Assembly (NCBI GenBank): GCA_963665095.1
Contig: OY762069.1
Coordinates: forward strand, 1,280,001-1,344,000
Origin: an uncultured Desulfobacter sp.
GTDB lineage: Bacteria > Desulfobacterota > Desulfobacteria > Desulfobacterales > Desulfobacteraceae
Direction of reading: 5' to 3'
DNA length: 64,000 bases
Positions 16,967 through 26,858 of the stretch are shown here, piece after piece. The notes beneath the pieces are model-generated. The model saw only the letters and a program-made list of their open reading frames with translations, made no database searches and was not told the DNA's origin. The stretch's first letter is position 1; each line of letters begins with the position of its first letter. Made by a program: the position numbers and the translations under genes.

Positions 16967-18962
16967 AAATTTTATTAATTCTGTCCGTTTGGGCCTGGTT
17001 GGCTTTTTTCGCCCGTTACCGTTGACGGCCGTTGAATGGGCAGACGAAAATTTTTATTTGTCTGCAGAATCATCCTATACGGAAGGCCGTTGGGAAACTT
17101 TACCCTTTCAGGTGGCAATCCTTAATGCAATGGGTAGTGATGAAATCAGGGTTGTAAACCTGGTTAAGTCTGCCCGGGTTGGTTATAGCCAGATGTTAAA
17201 GGCCCTTTTGGGTTACAACTTGGAGCACCGGAAGCGGAATCAATTAATGTTCCAGCCCACGGATGCTGCAGCCGCCGGGTTTATGAAGTCCCACATTGAA
17301 ACCATGATAAGGGATGTTCCAGTGGTTAAGGCCCTGGCCCCCTGGGAAGGAAAAAAACACCGGGATAATACCAAGGACACCAAACGGTTTTCAAACTCTA
17401 AACAGCTTTGGTGTGTTGGTGGAACCGCCGCCAAAAATTACCGGGAAAAATCCCCGGACGTGGTTCTTTATGACGAGCTTGCCGCTTTCCCCAGCGATGT
17501 GGAAAAAGAGGGCAGCCCCACTTTTTTGGGTGATAAGAGAATTGAAGGTTCAGTGTTCCCAAAATCGGTACGCGGATCCACGCCAAAGATAAAAGGTGAA
17601 TGTGAGATTGAGCGGGCGGCTAGTGAATCGGAAGTAAATTTAAAATTCAATATCCCCTGCCCTTTATGTGGCGCGGAACAGTCTTTGAAGTGGGGCGGCA
17701 AAGAGGCGGACAACGGTTTTAAATTTGATACGGATAACCCGGACGGCGTAAAACATGAGTGTGAAGAATGTCACGGTTTGGCCGGGTATTCTGAATGGAT
17801 GCCGGAGCAAGAAAGGGGCCGGTGGATTTGCATTGACACTGGTATTTGGACGTGTGACGGGCTGGAATATTTCAGCGCGGATGATAAAAAGATTGAACCA
17901 CCTGAAAATATAACTTTCTGGATTTGGACAGCATACAGCCCCTTTACTGATTGGGCGCGGATTGTAAAAGATTTTTTGGCTGCCAAAAAAGATCCTGGTA
18001 AATTAAAAACTTTTGTCAATACCACCCTGGGGGAAACCTGGGAAGAATCAGGCGAAAAAATAGAACATGATATCCTTTATCAACGCCGGGAGCAATACCC
18101 GGCAGAGGTACCCGCCGGCGGCCTGGTTTTGACGTGTGCTGTTGATGTCCAGGACGATAGGTTAGAGGCAGAGGTTCAGGCCTGGGGGCAATACGATGAA
18201 AATTGGAGAATTGACTTTCAGGTTTTCCACGGAGACCCCGGTAAGGTGGATGTCTGGAAAGATCTTGACCTTTTCTTGCAAAAAACATTTTTGCATGAGA
18301 ACGGCCACGCCTTGAAGATAGCTTGCACTTTGGTTGATTCCGGTGGGCATTATACCCAGGAGGTTTACCGCTTTTGTAAAAGGAAAAGCGGCCGGCGGAT
18401 TTTTGCTATTAAGGGCCAGGGTGGCACAGGCGTTCCAATTATTTCACGGCCAAGCAAGTCCAATCTTGGGAAAGTAAAGTTGTTTAGGGTTGGAGTTGAT
18501 ACGGCCAAGGAATTGGTTTTAGCCCGCCTGGGCACAGATGAACCCGGCCCAGCTTATTGTCATTTCCCAATATCTTATAAATTTGATGAAGAATATTTCA
18601 AGCAGTTGACGGCGGAAGAACGGAGAACAAAGTTTGTGAAGGGATTTGCCGTTAAGGAATGGCATAAAATTAGGAAACGGAACGAAGCTTTTGACTTGGC
18701 AGTTTATAACCTGGCTGCCCGTGAATTGCTTAATCCTAATTATGCTGCCCTTGCTAAAAAAATGTCCAGGGTGATTGAGGTTGAACCGGTTGGGGAAAAA
18801 ATCATAAGTGAAAAATTGCGGGAAATTATCACCAAATTGGAAACAAAAGTGGAAAAAAAGATTCCCCTTGAAAGGTTGTCAAAACCGGCAGTGCCACAAA
18901 AACCCAAGCCACAAAAACAAGCGCCGCCAAAGCAGCGTAAACGGATGAGGATAAAATTTTAA
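16941..18962 (+). CDS. Terminase large subunit (lambda gpA family)
   Basis: KSARVGYS, LYDELAAF, GSTP, VDVQDDR, VDSGG and RNEAFD motifs. Confidence 0.95.
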   Translation: MNLSAKQIKNFINSVRLGLVGFFRPLPLTAVEWADENFYLSAESSYTEGRWETLPFQVAILNAMGSDEIRVVNLVKSARVGYSQMLKALLGYNLEHRKRNQLMFQPTDAAAAGFMKSHIETMIRDVPVVKALAPWEGKKHRDNTKDTKRFSNSKQLWCVGGTAAKNYREKSPDVVLYDELAAFPSDVEKEGSPTFLGDKRIEGSVFPKSVRGSTPKIKGECEIERAASESEVNLKFNIPCPLCGAEQSLKWGGKEADNGFKFDTDNPDGVKHECEECHGLAGYSEWMPEQERGRWICIDTGIWTCDGLEYFSADDKKIEPPENITFWIWTAYSPFTDWARIVKDFLAAKKDPGKLKTFVNTTLGETWEESGEKIEHDILYQRREQYPAEVPAGGLVLTCAVDVQDDRLEAEVQAWGQYDENWRIDFQVFHGDPGKVDVWKDLDLFLQKTFLHENGHALKIACTLVDSGGHYTQEVYRFCKRKSGRRIFAIKGQGGTGVPIISRPSKSNLGKVKLFRVGVDTAKELVLARLGTDEPGPAYCHFPISYKFDEEYFKQLTAEERRTKFVKGFAVKEWHKIRKRNEAFDLAVYNLAARELLNPNYAALAKKMSRVIEVEPVGEKIISEKLREIITKLETKVEKKIPLERLSKPAVPQKPKPQKQAPPKQRKRMRIKF

Positions 18963-18963
18963 C

Positions 18964-19209
18964 ATGGCCTTGAATGAAAGAGAGCAGGAACGGAAAGCGC
19001 ACCTTGAAACCCTTCTTGCTGCAATTCAAGACGCTGAAAAGGGTACATGGTCCGCTGCTGTGCAGGAAATGAGTATAAGTGGGCGCTCCCTTGTCCGGTT
19101 CAAACCGGAAGAATTGGCGAAGTATTACCGGGTTTATGCCAAGGAACTGGCCCAATTGGAAGCCAAGGAATCAGGAACCAGAACCAGAACCGTCAGAGTG
19201 TGGGGGTAG
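18964..19209 (+). CDS. Head-tail joining protein (gpW-like)
   Basis: Small ORF between terminase and portal; contains EMSISGRSL. Confidence 0.65.
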   Translation: MALNEREQERKAHLETLLAAIQDAEKGTWSAAVQEMSISGRSLVRFKPEELAKYYRVYAKELAQLEAKESGTRTRTVRVWG

Positions 19210-19210
19210 T

Positions 19211-20650
19211 ATGGCAAGCAGAAGAGAGCGGCGCAGCCTGGCAAAAATGCGGATGTTTGAAGGGGCAAGTAATGACCGGCTTGTCAACTCTTGGGATTCT
19301 CAACCGTGGACAATTGACCAGATTATTTACAGCCAGTTGGAAGCATTGCGGGCCAGGTCGCGGGAACAGGTGCGGAACAATACGTATTTAACCAGGCTTG
19401 GGATAGTCCTTCAGAATAATATCGTTGGGGCAAATGGTGTTCAGGTAAAGCCCATGGTTTTGGATTTTCAGGGCGGCGCTGACAAACTGGCAAGGCAGGT
19501 TATTAAAACAGGCTGGGTTGATTTCTTGGATAATACCGGCTTGGTTGATATGGAGCTTCTAATCATGCTGACCATGGTTTCCGATGGTGAAGCTTTTATC
19601 ACTATGGAATCAGATGAAAACAGAAATCTTGTGCCAACGTTTTTAGACCCAGCCCTGATAGATATTAATTACAACCGCAATGAGAACGGCAAAAATATTA
19701 TTAAGTTTGGGATTGAATACGATGCTTATTCCCGCCCGGTTAGATATTGGGTGAATGAAGATTTTTCTAAATATCATCCCATGGTTGGTAATACCGGAAC
19801 CGGAAATATAAAACGGCGTAGTATTCCCGCCGGCAAAATGATCCATATATTTCGAAAGGTTTGGGTTGGCCAGACACGTGGTATTCCTTGGGGTGTGGTT
19901 TCCCTTTACGATTTGTTCCAGGTTAATAAATTCAAAACTGCAGCTGTGACGGCGGGTCGAATTGGCGCAGCAAAAATGGGTTTTTTCTTCAATGAAGATG
20001 GAGAAGAATATTCGGGTGATGATGAAAGTGGGGACTATTCCGTAAACGCGGAAGCCGGCACATTTGAAAATATAGGGAATATGAAATTTGAACCCTTTGA
20101 CCCAACATATCCGGCGGGTGAATTTGAAGTTTTTTTAAACAAGGTTTTGCAGGGGGTGTCTGCTGGTTTGGGCATAGATGCACACACCCTTACCAATGAT
20201 CTTTCAAACGTAAATTATTCATCTGCCCGGGTGGGAATGCTTGAAACACGGGAATATTACAAAACACTTCAAAATTGGTTAATCCGGATTTTTGTTAGGC
20301 CTCTTTATCAAAAATGGCTTGCAACGGAATTGATTATGGGCCGCTTGGAATCTGGGCGGATAACCCTTTCTCGTGGGTTTGATTATTACAAACCGGCAAC
20401 TTTTCAGGGCCGCCGGTGGGATTGGGTAGACCCGGACAAAGAAATGAGCGGGAACCAAAAGGCGTATGGACTAAGGATTAAATCTATAAGTCAAATGATA
20501 CGGGAGCGTGGGCAGGATCCAGAGGAGGTTTTTCAAGAGATTTCGGAAGAAAAAAAACTCTTGGAGCGTTTGGACATATCGCCGAATCTCGTAATAAACA
20601 AACTTAATAAGGAAGGGGGCGAATCGAATGCCAAGCAAACCAAAAATTAG
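19211..20650 (+). CDS. Portal protein, lambda family
   Basis: LRARSRE..RNN, GQTRGIPW, VNYSSAR and WDWVDP.KE motifs. Confidence 0.93.
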   Translation: MASRRERRSLAKMRMFEGASNDRLVNSWDSQPWTIDQIIYSQLEALRARSREQVRNNTYLTRLGIVLQNNIVGANGVQVKPMVLDFQGGADKLARQVIKTGWVDFLDNTGLVDMELLIMLTMVSDGEAFITMESDENRNLVPTFLDPALIDINYNRNENGKNIIKFGIEYDAYSRPVRYWVNEDFSKYHPMVGNTGTGNIKRRSIPAGKMIHIFRKVWVGQTRGIPWGVVSLYDLFQVNKFKTAAVTAGRIGAAKMGFFFNEDGEEYSGDDESGDYSVNAEAGTFENIGNMKFEPFDPTYPAGEFEVFLNKVLQGVSAGLGIDAHTLTNDLSNVNYSSARVGMLETREYYKTLQNWLIRIFVRPLYQKWLATELIMGRLESGRITLSRGFDYYKPATFQGRRWDWVDPDKEMSGNQKAYGLRIKSISQMIRERGQDPEEVFQEISEEKKLLERLDISPNLVINKLNKEGGESNAKQTKN

Positions 20651-22466
20651 AGAATCCACTTTTGAAAGGGCCTTCATCCTTGACCGGTCCACAATTGATG
20701 AAAAAAAAAGAACCGTAGAACTTGCCTTTTCATCTGAAATAGAGGTGTTGCGGTGGTTTGGTGTGGAAATATTAGACCATTCGCCGGAATCTGTTAACCT
20801 GGCGCGCCTTCTTAACGGTGGGGCTGCCCTGATGGATCATAACAGAACGGATCAGGTAGGTGTGGTGGAATCAGCCAGGGTGGACGCGGATAGAAAAGGC
20901 CGGGCCATTGTCCGATTCGGGAAGTCAGTCAGGGCAAATGAAATTTTTCAGGATGTTGTGGACGGTATACGGCAGCATGTTTCTGTAGGGTATCGGATTA
21001 ACGAATATAAGCGGACCAAAGGGGAAGGCGGCAAGCCGGATGTTGTCAGGGCCACCAAGTGGACACCCTACGAAATCAGTTTTGTTTCCGTGCCGGCAGA
21101 CGATACCGTAGGTGTTGGCAGATCATTAGAAGAACATGAAAACCATAATATACAGGAGGGCTATGTAATGCCTGGAGAAAACAAAGAAGTAAAAACCGAA
21201 AAGACCAGAACAGAGCCAGCGCAGGTGGCCCACGTTGCAAACGAAGGCCAGCCCCAGGGCATGGATGTCGCCGCTATTCGGGCCGATGCTATTAAAGAGG
21301 ACCGTGTCAGAGTTGCCGGTATTGAACGTGCTTTTGCCCAGGTGCCTGGCATTCCTGTTGAACTCAAAAGAAGGGCTATTGAGAGCGGCATGTCAGAGCA
21401 GGAATTTAGAGCGGCCGCTTTTGACAGTATGGTGTTAAAGCCCGGTGAGGTGCCGCACCCACAGCCGGATTTTGAAAAAATGCGGCAGGAATCCAAGCAG
21501 GATTATTCCCTGATTCGCGCCATTGCCGCACAGCTTTCAGGTGATTGGACAGGGGCAGGCTTTGAAAGGGAGGTTTCCAAGGAACTTGCCAGAGAACACA
21601 CTGTGATTGGTGGTGGCCTGATGGTGCCGGCTTCCATCTTTGGAGAGCGTGCGGACATGACCACGGGCGCGGGCCTTTATGGTGATACCCACCTTGCAAG
21701 CCAGTTTATTGATACCTTGCGGGCTGAAACAATGATGGGCAGACTTGGTGCTCGCTTTATTCCTGGCCTGGTAGGATCCGTCTCCATTCCGAAAAAAACT
21801 GGCAATGCCACCTTTGGGTTTGTCGGTGAAGGTGATGACGCCACACCGTCTGACGTACCCGTGGGTAAAATTACTATGGCTGGAAAACACATTTCCGGCC
21901 TTGTGCCCCTGACCTTTGAACTTATCCGGCAGTCAAGCCCCGCCATTGAGGATATTGTGCGGGCTGATATGTTGGAAGGCATGGGCCTGGCCATTGACGG
22001 CGCGGCTTTCAACGCCAACGGCACAGGAAACAATCCCCTTGGGATACTGGCTACACCTGGAATTCATACCGTGACAGCTACGGACACCACAAACAAAATT
22101 CCCACCTGGGCGGAAGTAATTGCAATGGAGGCGGCTCTTGAAGATGTTAACGCCCTGAAAGGCAAGCTGTCATACATCACCAGAGCCACAATCAAGGCCG
22201 CCTTGAAACAGGCAAAGAAGGACGCCGGTTCAGGTGAATTTGTATGGAAGGGCCAGGAGATGAACGGATACAAGGCGCATGCCACAACCCAGGTTCCCGT
22301 AAAAACCACCCTTTTTGGTAATTTTACTGATGTGCTGATAGGCCTTTGGGGAGTGGTTGAGCTAATTCCCAAACGGAATGAAAAAACCGGCGGCCTTGAT
22401 ATTGGTGTGCATCAGATGATTGATATTGGTGTTCGCCGGGCTGAATCCTTTTGTAAAATCGTTTAG
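20628..22466 (+). CDS. Prohead protease fused to HK97-fold major capsid protein
   Basis: Protease part LMDH, VSVGY, EISFVSVPAD; capsid part GGGLMVP, NPLGIL, LFGNF. Confidence 0.92.
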   Translation: MPSKPKIRESTFERAFILDRSTIDEKKRTVELAFSSEIEVLRWFGVEILDHSPESVNLARLLNGGAALMDHNRTDQVGVVESARVDADRKGRAIVRFGKSVRANEIFQDVVDGIRQHVSVGYRINEYKRTKGEGGKPDVVRATKWTPYEISFVSVPADDTVGVGRSLEEHENHNIQEGYVMPGENKEVKTEKTRTEPAQVAHVANEGQPQGMDVAAIRADAIKEDRVRVAGIERAFAQVPGIPVELKRRAIESGMSEQEFRAAAFDSMVLKPGEVPHPQPDFEKMRQESKQDYSLIRAIAAQLSGDWTGAGFEREVSKELAREHTVIGGGLMVPASIFGERADMTTGAGLYGDTHLASQFIDTLRAETMMGRLGARFIPGLVGSVSIPKKTGNATFGFVGEGDDATPSDVPVGKITMAGKHISGLVPLTFELIRQSSPAIEDIVRADMLEGMGLAIDGAAFNANGTGNNPLGILATPGIHTVTATDTTNKIPTWAEVIAMEAALEDVNALKGKLSYITRATIKAALKQAKKDAGSGEFVWKGQEMNGYKAHATTQVPVKTTLFGNFTDVLIGLWGVVELIPKRNEKTGGLDIGVHQMIDIGVRRAESFCKIV

Positions 22467-22475
22467 GTCTTTTCA

Positions 22476-22501
22476 GGCGGGGCTTTTCATGCCCCGCTTT
22501 T
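22476..22501 (+). terminator. Intrinsic terminator after the capsid gene
   Basis: GGCGGGGC-loop-GCCCCGCT followed by a T run. Confidence 0.7.
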
Positions 22502-22530
22502 AACCAAAAGGTAAACTAAAAGGTAAAGTT

Positions 22531-22710
22531 ATGAAAATTAAAATCATAAGAGACTGTGCGATCTCAGTGGAAGAAAACGCCATAAAAGGTGATCTGCTGG
22601 ATGTCGAAAAACCGCTTGGCGTATCCCTGATTCAGTGCGGCGCGGCCGCAAAAGCCGAAGAGGAACCCGATGCCGAAGAAATCAAGGGAAAAGGCAAGGG
22701 CAAAAGATAG
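22531..22710 (+). CDS. Small head-associated protein (59 aa, not in ORF track)
   Basis: MKIKIIRDC...KGKGKR fills the gap between capsid and adaptor genes. Confidence 0.6.
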   Translation: MKIKIIRDCAISVEENAIKGDLLDVEKPLGVSLIQCGAAAKAEEEPDAEEIKGKGKGKR

Positions 22711-22713
22711 CGC

Positions 22714-23043
22714 ATGGTGACCCTACAGGAACAATTTGCAGACGATCTTGACCGGGCTTTTTATAACAGCGGGATTTTTGCTGAAACCATCCAATGGGAC
22801 AATGTAAGTATCTTGGCCATGGTATCGGATCCGGAAGAAATGCCGGGGGATATTGAAGCGAAAATTATTAGGAAAACCGTGGCGGTACAGAAAAAGGATA
22901 TTTCCGTACCGCCACGGGTTGATGATCAGGTCCTTTTAAAACTGGATGCATTCACGGTTGACGGTGGGGAGTATTGGACCGTCGGCAGCGTGAAAAACCT
23001 TTGGCATGAATGGGAAGTTTCTTTTTATAGGTTTACAGCGTGA
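22714..23043 (+). CDS. Head-tail adaptor (FII-like)
   Basis: Size, position and QFADDLDRAFYN..FAE start. Confidence 0.65.
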   Translation: MVTLQEQFADDLDRAFYNSGIFAETIQWDNVSILAMVSDPEEMPGDIEAKIIRKTVAVQKKDISVPPRVDDQVLLKLDAFTVDGGEYWTVGSVKNLWHEWEVSFYRFTA

Positions 23044-23633
23044 ATATAAATTTTTCAGGCGATGTTGCGGAACAGGCGGCCCAGGTCATTTCGACAATGG
23101 GGAGTCATGGGAAAATGGCCGTTGCCAGGTCTTTAAACCGGACAACCCAGGGGGTTAAGACTGATTCTGCCCGCGTGGTCCGTGATCGTTACAGTATAAA
23201 GGCCAGGGTTGTAACTAAGACCTTTTCCGTTGATCAGCGGGCCAAGTCGAACACCCTGACAGCATCCACAAAATCAACCGGCAGCCGCGCCCCATTAATT
23301 GCTTTTGGTGCCAGGCCCGCCCGGCCCGGTGGAAGGAAACCCACTAAAGGGGTTTCCGTTAAGGTTCGGAATAGCCGGAAAACGATTGATGGTTCATTTG
23401 TTGCCAGAATGAAAAACGGCAAGCTTGGAATTTTCCGTAGGTCCGGAGAATTCGGCAGGAATCAGGACAGTCACCTGGAGCGTATCCAAGAAATAAAAAC
23501 CCTGGCCGTACCCCAGGCCATTAAATGGCAGGAAGGGGCACAAGGGAAAATTGCAAGCCTTGCAGCTGCCAGATTTGAAAAGCGCCTTGGCCACGAAGTG
23601 GGTAGGGTTTTGGAAAAAATGGGGGCCAGATAA
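23040..23633 (+). CDS. Minor tail protein Z-like
   Basis: Basic protein with ARSLNRT, FVARMKNG and GIFRR. Confidence 0.75.
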   Translation: MNINFSGDVAEQAAQVISTMGSHGKMAVARSLNRTTQGVKTDSARVVRDRYSIKARVVTKTFSVDQRAKSNTLTASTKSTGSRAPLIAFGARPARPGGRKPTKGVSVKVRNSRKTIDGSFVARMKNGKLGIFRRSGEFGRNQDSHLERIQEIKTLAVPQAIKWQEGAQGKIASLAAARFEKRLGHEVGRVLEKMGAR

Positions 23634-24157
23634 TGAGCTTTGAATTAATCAAAACGATTAATGGTTTAATTGCAACCGGCACGCGGGATTTTTACTTGCG
23701 GCAGCCTGAAAAGCGGCCCGGGGAATATGTTCAGCCAAACCTTTATATTGGCGCGGTGCCGCCAAAGCGGAAAGGAAATATCCCGGGGCATGATGATAAC
23801 TCTATTTTTCCCTTTGTTGTAAACCGGTTGGTGTCAGGGATTGATGATTATGAATTGTCAACCCTTAACGTACATACGGTTTGCGGCATTTACACCGGTG
23901 AAGGCGTGGAAGCTGGAGAACATGACGTTATAAATCTTGTGATGCGCATAAAACGCCTTTTGACTGAGGTACACATATTAGAAGAGCGTTTTACCCGGAT
24001 TCCTCCCCTTGAATGGAATCTTGGAGATCCGGAAGATAAGTATTTACAGGCGTTCCCATATTTTGGTGGGGTGGTGAAAACAACCTGGACAGCCCCCACC
24101 TATGAACCAATTTTAACAGCACAGGAGGCAGCGAAAGTTTATGGCGAAATCGAGTAA
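23633..24157 (+). CDS. Tail completion/terminator-like protein
   Basis: Position before the sheath; FPFVV and PYFGG. Confidence 0.55.
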   Translation: MSFELIKTINGLIATGTRDFYLRQPEKRPGEYVQPNLYIGAVPPKRKGNIPGHDDNSIFPFVVNRLVSGIDDYELSTLNVHTVCGIYTGEGVEAGEHDVINLVMRIKRLLTEVHILEERFTRIPPLEWNLGDPEDKYLQAFPYFGGVVKTTWTAPTYEPILTAQEAAKVYGEIE

Positions 24158-24410
24158 AACACCCGCAAAAGAAACGCCTGACACGGTTATCTATGTGGGG
24201 CCGAATCTCAGTGGTGACATTCTTATTTCACAGTTTACGGTTTTTAAAAACGGTTTGCCGCCCTACCTTGCGGAACGCACCGGGGCCGATCCTGTTTTTA
24301 AAAGTCTTTTTGTGCCCTTGCCAGGTTTAACGGTTGCCAGGGCAGACTTGAAAAACCCAGGGTCAAGGATGGCAAGGGCATTTAATACAGTAAGGAAGGG
24401 GGCTAAATAA
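24141..24410 (+). CDS. Phage hypothetical protein
   Basis: IYVGP small ORF translationally coupled to the sheath gene. Confidence 0.65.
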   Translation: MAKSSKTPAKETPDTVIYVGPNLSGDILISQFTVFKNGLPPYLAERTGADPVFKSLFVPLPGLTVARADLKNPGSRMARAFNTVRKGAK

Positions 24411-25840
24411 TGACGTATAAACATGGTGTTTACGTTCTTGAACAAGCAACGAGCATCTTACCGCCGGTTCGGGTGGAATCCGGCTTGCCGGTGGTTTTTG
24501 GAACCGCCCCAGTTCATCTTGTGGATAACGGGCCGGTAAATGAACCTATCCTTTGTTATTCATATTCTGAGGCGGTTATGGGTTTGGGTTATTCTTCCGA
24601 TTTTGCAAAATACACCCTTTGTGAATTCATGTCGGCAGCCTTCGCCCTGTTTGGGGTGGCCCCGGTCGTTTTTGTCAATGTATTTGACCCTGACACCCAT
24701 AAAACAGCCATCGACGAAGAAACAGTAACCCTTGTGAGCGGGAAGGCAAAACTTGCCAATGGTGATATTGTGGACATTCCGGTGGTGAAAAATTCTGTAG
24801 GGGATAAAACGTTTGTCCTTGATACTGATTTCACTTTGGACCGGGCAACCGGCGATATTGAGCGAATTGAAACCGGATCTATGGCGGCAGCTGAAGAATT
24901 GAAAGTTGCTTATGATAAGGCGAATCCTGGGGCCGTGACCGGCACTGATATCATTGGCGGTGTTGACGGTTCTACGGGGGCCTATACTGGTCTTGAACAT
25001 TTGAATTCAATTTTCCCCAAATTCCGCCTTGTGCCAGGCCAGGTAGTTGCCCCGGGTTGGTCTCATGATTCAGGTGTTGCTGCTGTTATGCACGCCAAGG
25101 CCGGTAACATTAACGGACATTTCAAGGCCGTGGCCGTGGTGGATATTGATTCTGATACCGTTACCAAATATACAGACGTGGCGGCCACGAAAAACACCAA
25201 CAACTTAACCGATGAACAGTTGATTGTCTGTTGGCCAAAAGTTTCCCTTGGCGATGTTGAATACTGGCTATCCTCACAGGTAGCGGCCCTGAATTGCCTT
25301 GTTGATTCCGATAACGGCGACATTCCGTATACCTCCCCATCAAATAAGAATTTGCAAATGGATAAGGCAATAGCCAATGGTGTGGCTATTGAACTTGGTC
25401 CAGACCAGGCCGGATATTTGAACGGTCAGGGCATTGTCACAGCCTTAAATTTTATCGGTGGCTGGAAATGTTGGGGGAACAGAACGGGGTGTTACCCTGG
25501 TGTAACCGATGTGAAAGACGCTTTTATCCCCATCCGGAGAATGTTTAATTGGACCGCCAATACTATTATTTTGACATATTGGCAAAAGGTTGACTTCCCA
25601 GTGAACCGGCGTTTGATAGAAACTATCATGGATTCGGTTAATATCTGGTTAAACGGATTGGCGGGGCGTCAATTTATACTTGGCGGCAGGGTAGAGTTAC
25701 TGGAAGATGAAAACCCTACCACAGACCTGATGGATGGCGTTATTAAATTCCACGTATATCTAACACCCCCCAGCCCTGCCCGGGAACTTGATTTTATACT
25801 GGAATATGACCCGGCATATCTTCAAACCCTTTTCGGCTAA
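24410..25840 (+). CDS. Contractile tail sheath (P2 FI-like)
   Basis: YKHGVYV start, SPSNK, WGNRT and FIPIRR motifs. Confidence 0.93.
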   Translation: MTYKHGVYVLEQATSILPPVRVESGLPVVFGTAPVHLVDNGPVNEPILCYSYSEAVMGLGYSSDFAKYTLCEFMSAAFALFGVAPVVFVNVFDPDTHKTAIDEETVTLVSGKAKLANGDIVDIPVVKNSVGDKTFVLDTDFTLDRATGDIERIETGSMAAAEELKVAYDKANPGAVTGTDIIGGVDGSTGAYTGLEHLNSIFPKFRLVPGQVVAPGWSHDSGVAAVMHAKAGNINGHFKAVAVVDIDSDTVTKYTDVAATKNTNNLTDEQLIVCWPKVSLGDVEYWLSSQVAALNCLVDSDNGDIPYTSPSNKNLQMDKAIANGVAIELGPDQAGYLNGQGIVTALNFIGGWKCWGNRTGCYPGVTDVKDAFIPIRRMFNWTANTIILTYWQKVDFPVNRRLIETIMDSVNIWLNGLAGRQFILGGRVELLEDENPTTDLMDGVIKFHVYLTPPSPARELDFILEYDPAYLQTLFG

Positions 25841-25905
25841 AGATTAATCTTGTGCGGGTGAGATCCCCGCACATTTTAAATTAATAAACAGGGAGCAATA
25901 AAATA

Positions 25906-26427
25906 ATGTCCAACAAGATTGCTGAAAAATTAATTAATTTCCGGGTTTATAATGAAGGCAATGACCTCTTGGGGGTTGCTGACGTTGAGCTACCCACTAT
26001 TGAATCCATGACGGAAACCATAAAGGGTGCCGGTATTGCCGGAGAAGTGGATAGCCCCACCCTTGGCCATTATCAATCTATGGGTATTACCCTTAATTGG
26101 AGGACGGCCAGCAAGGCTGCCGCAGAGTTAACCAAACCACAGGCACACCAGCTTGAATTAAGGGGTGCGGTCCAAGTATACGATGCTGCCGCCGGGAAGT
26201 ATGAAGTAACCCCACAAAAAATTGTTGTAAAGGCTGTCCCCAAAACATTGGCCCTTGGAAAGCTTGATGTGGGTGTGAAGCAAGGATCTTCAAACGCCTT
26301 TGAAATCACATATATCAAGATTTTCATTGACGGAACGGAAGTTTTTGAGCTGGATAAATTTAACTACATTTGCAGGGTGAAGGGTGAGGACTACTTAACC
26401 GACACCAGGAGGGCACTGGGTTTATAA
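25906..26427 (+). CDS. Tail tube (P2 FII-like)
   Basis: GAGIAGEVD and ELDKFNY..R.ALGL. Confidence 0.9.
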   Translation: MSNKIAEKLINFRVYNEGNDLLGVADVELPTIESMTETIKGAGIAGEVDSPTLGHYQSMGITLNWRTASKAAAELTKPQAHQLELRGAVQVYDAAAGKYEVTPQKIVVKAVPKTLALGKLDVGVKQGSSNAFEITYIKIFIDGTEVFELDKFNYICRVKGEDYLTDTRRALGL

Positions 26428-26428
26428 T

Positions 26429-26829
26429 ATGGAAAAATTTACGTTAAAATACCCCTTTGACTTTGAGGGAGAAAAGGTTGAAACCCTGGAACTTAAAGCG
26501 CGGCTGAAAGGGAATGACCTCTTAGCCGCTGAAGGTGAAATGAAAATTCATGGTATCGTTGATCCAACCGAAGCAGAACGAAACCTTTTCATGGCAGCCA
26601 GGGCGGTTTCCCAGCCGGTGGAAGTTGTTAAGGCAATGGACTTGGCTGATTATGTGAGCCTGGCCAATAAACTTCCAAGTTTTTTATAGACGGGGGCGCG
26701 TTAAGGCAAGTTGTTTTAACCCTTGCCCGCGCAAGCCATACCAGTGTTGCGTTTTGGTTAAATGAATCCCTTGACGATTTGGCGGGTTGGATGGATGCAG
26801 CCGTTGAAGCGTTCGGGGATTCGCCATAA
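26429..26829 (+). CDS. Tail assembly chaperone (26429..26689) with -1 frameshift extension to 26829
   Basis: T-TTT-TTA slippery site just before the stop; the -1 frame reads IDGGALRQVVLTLARASHTSVAFWLNESLDDLAGW..SP*. Confidence 0.75.
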
Positions 26830-26858
26830 ATGCCCCCGAAGATCAGGAGCGTGAAAAC

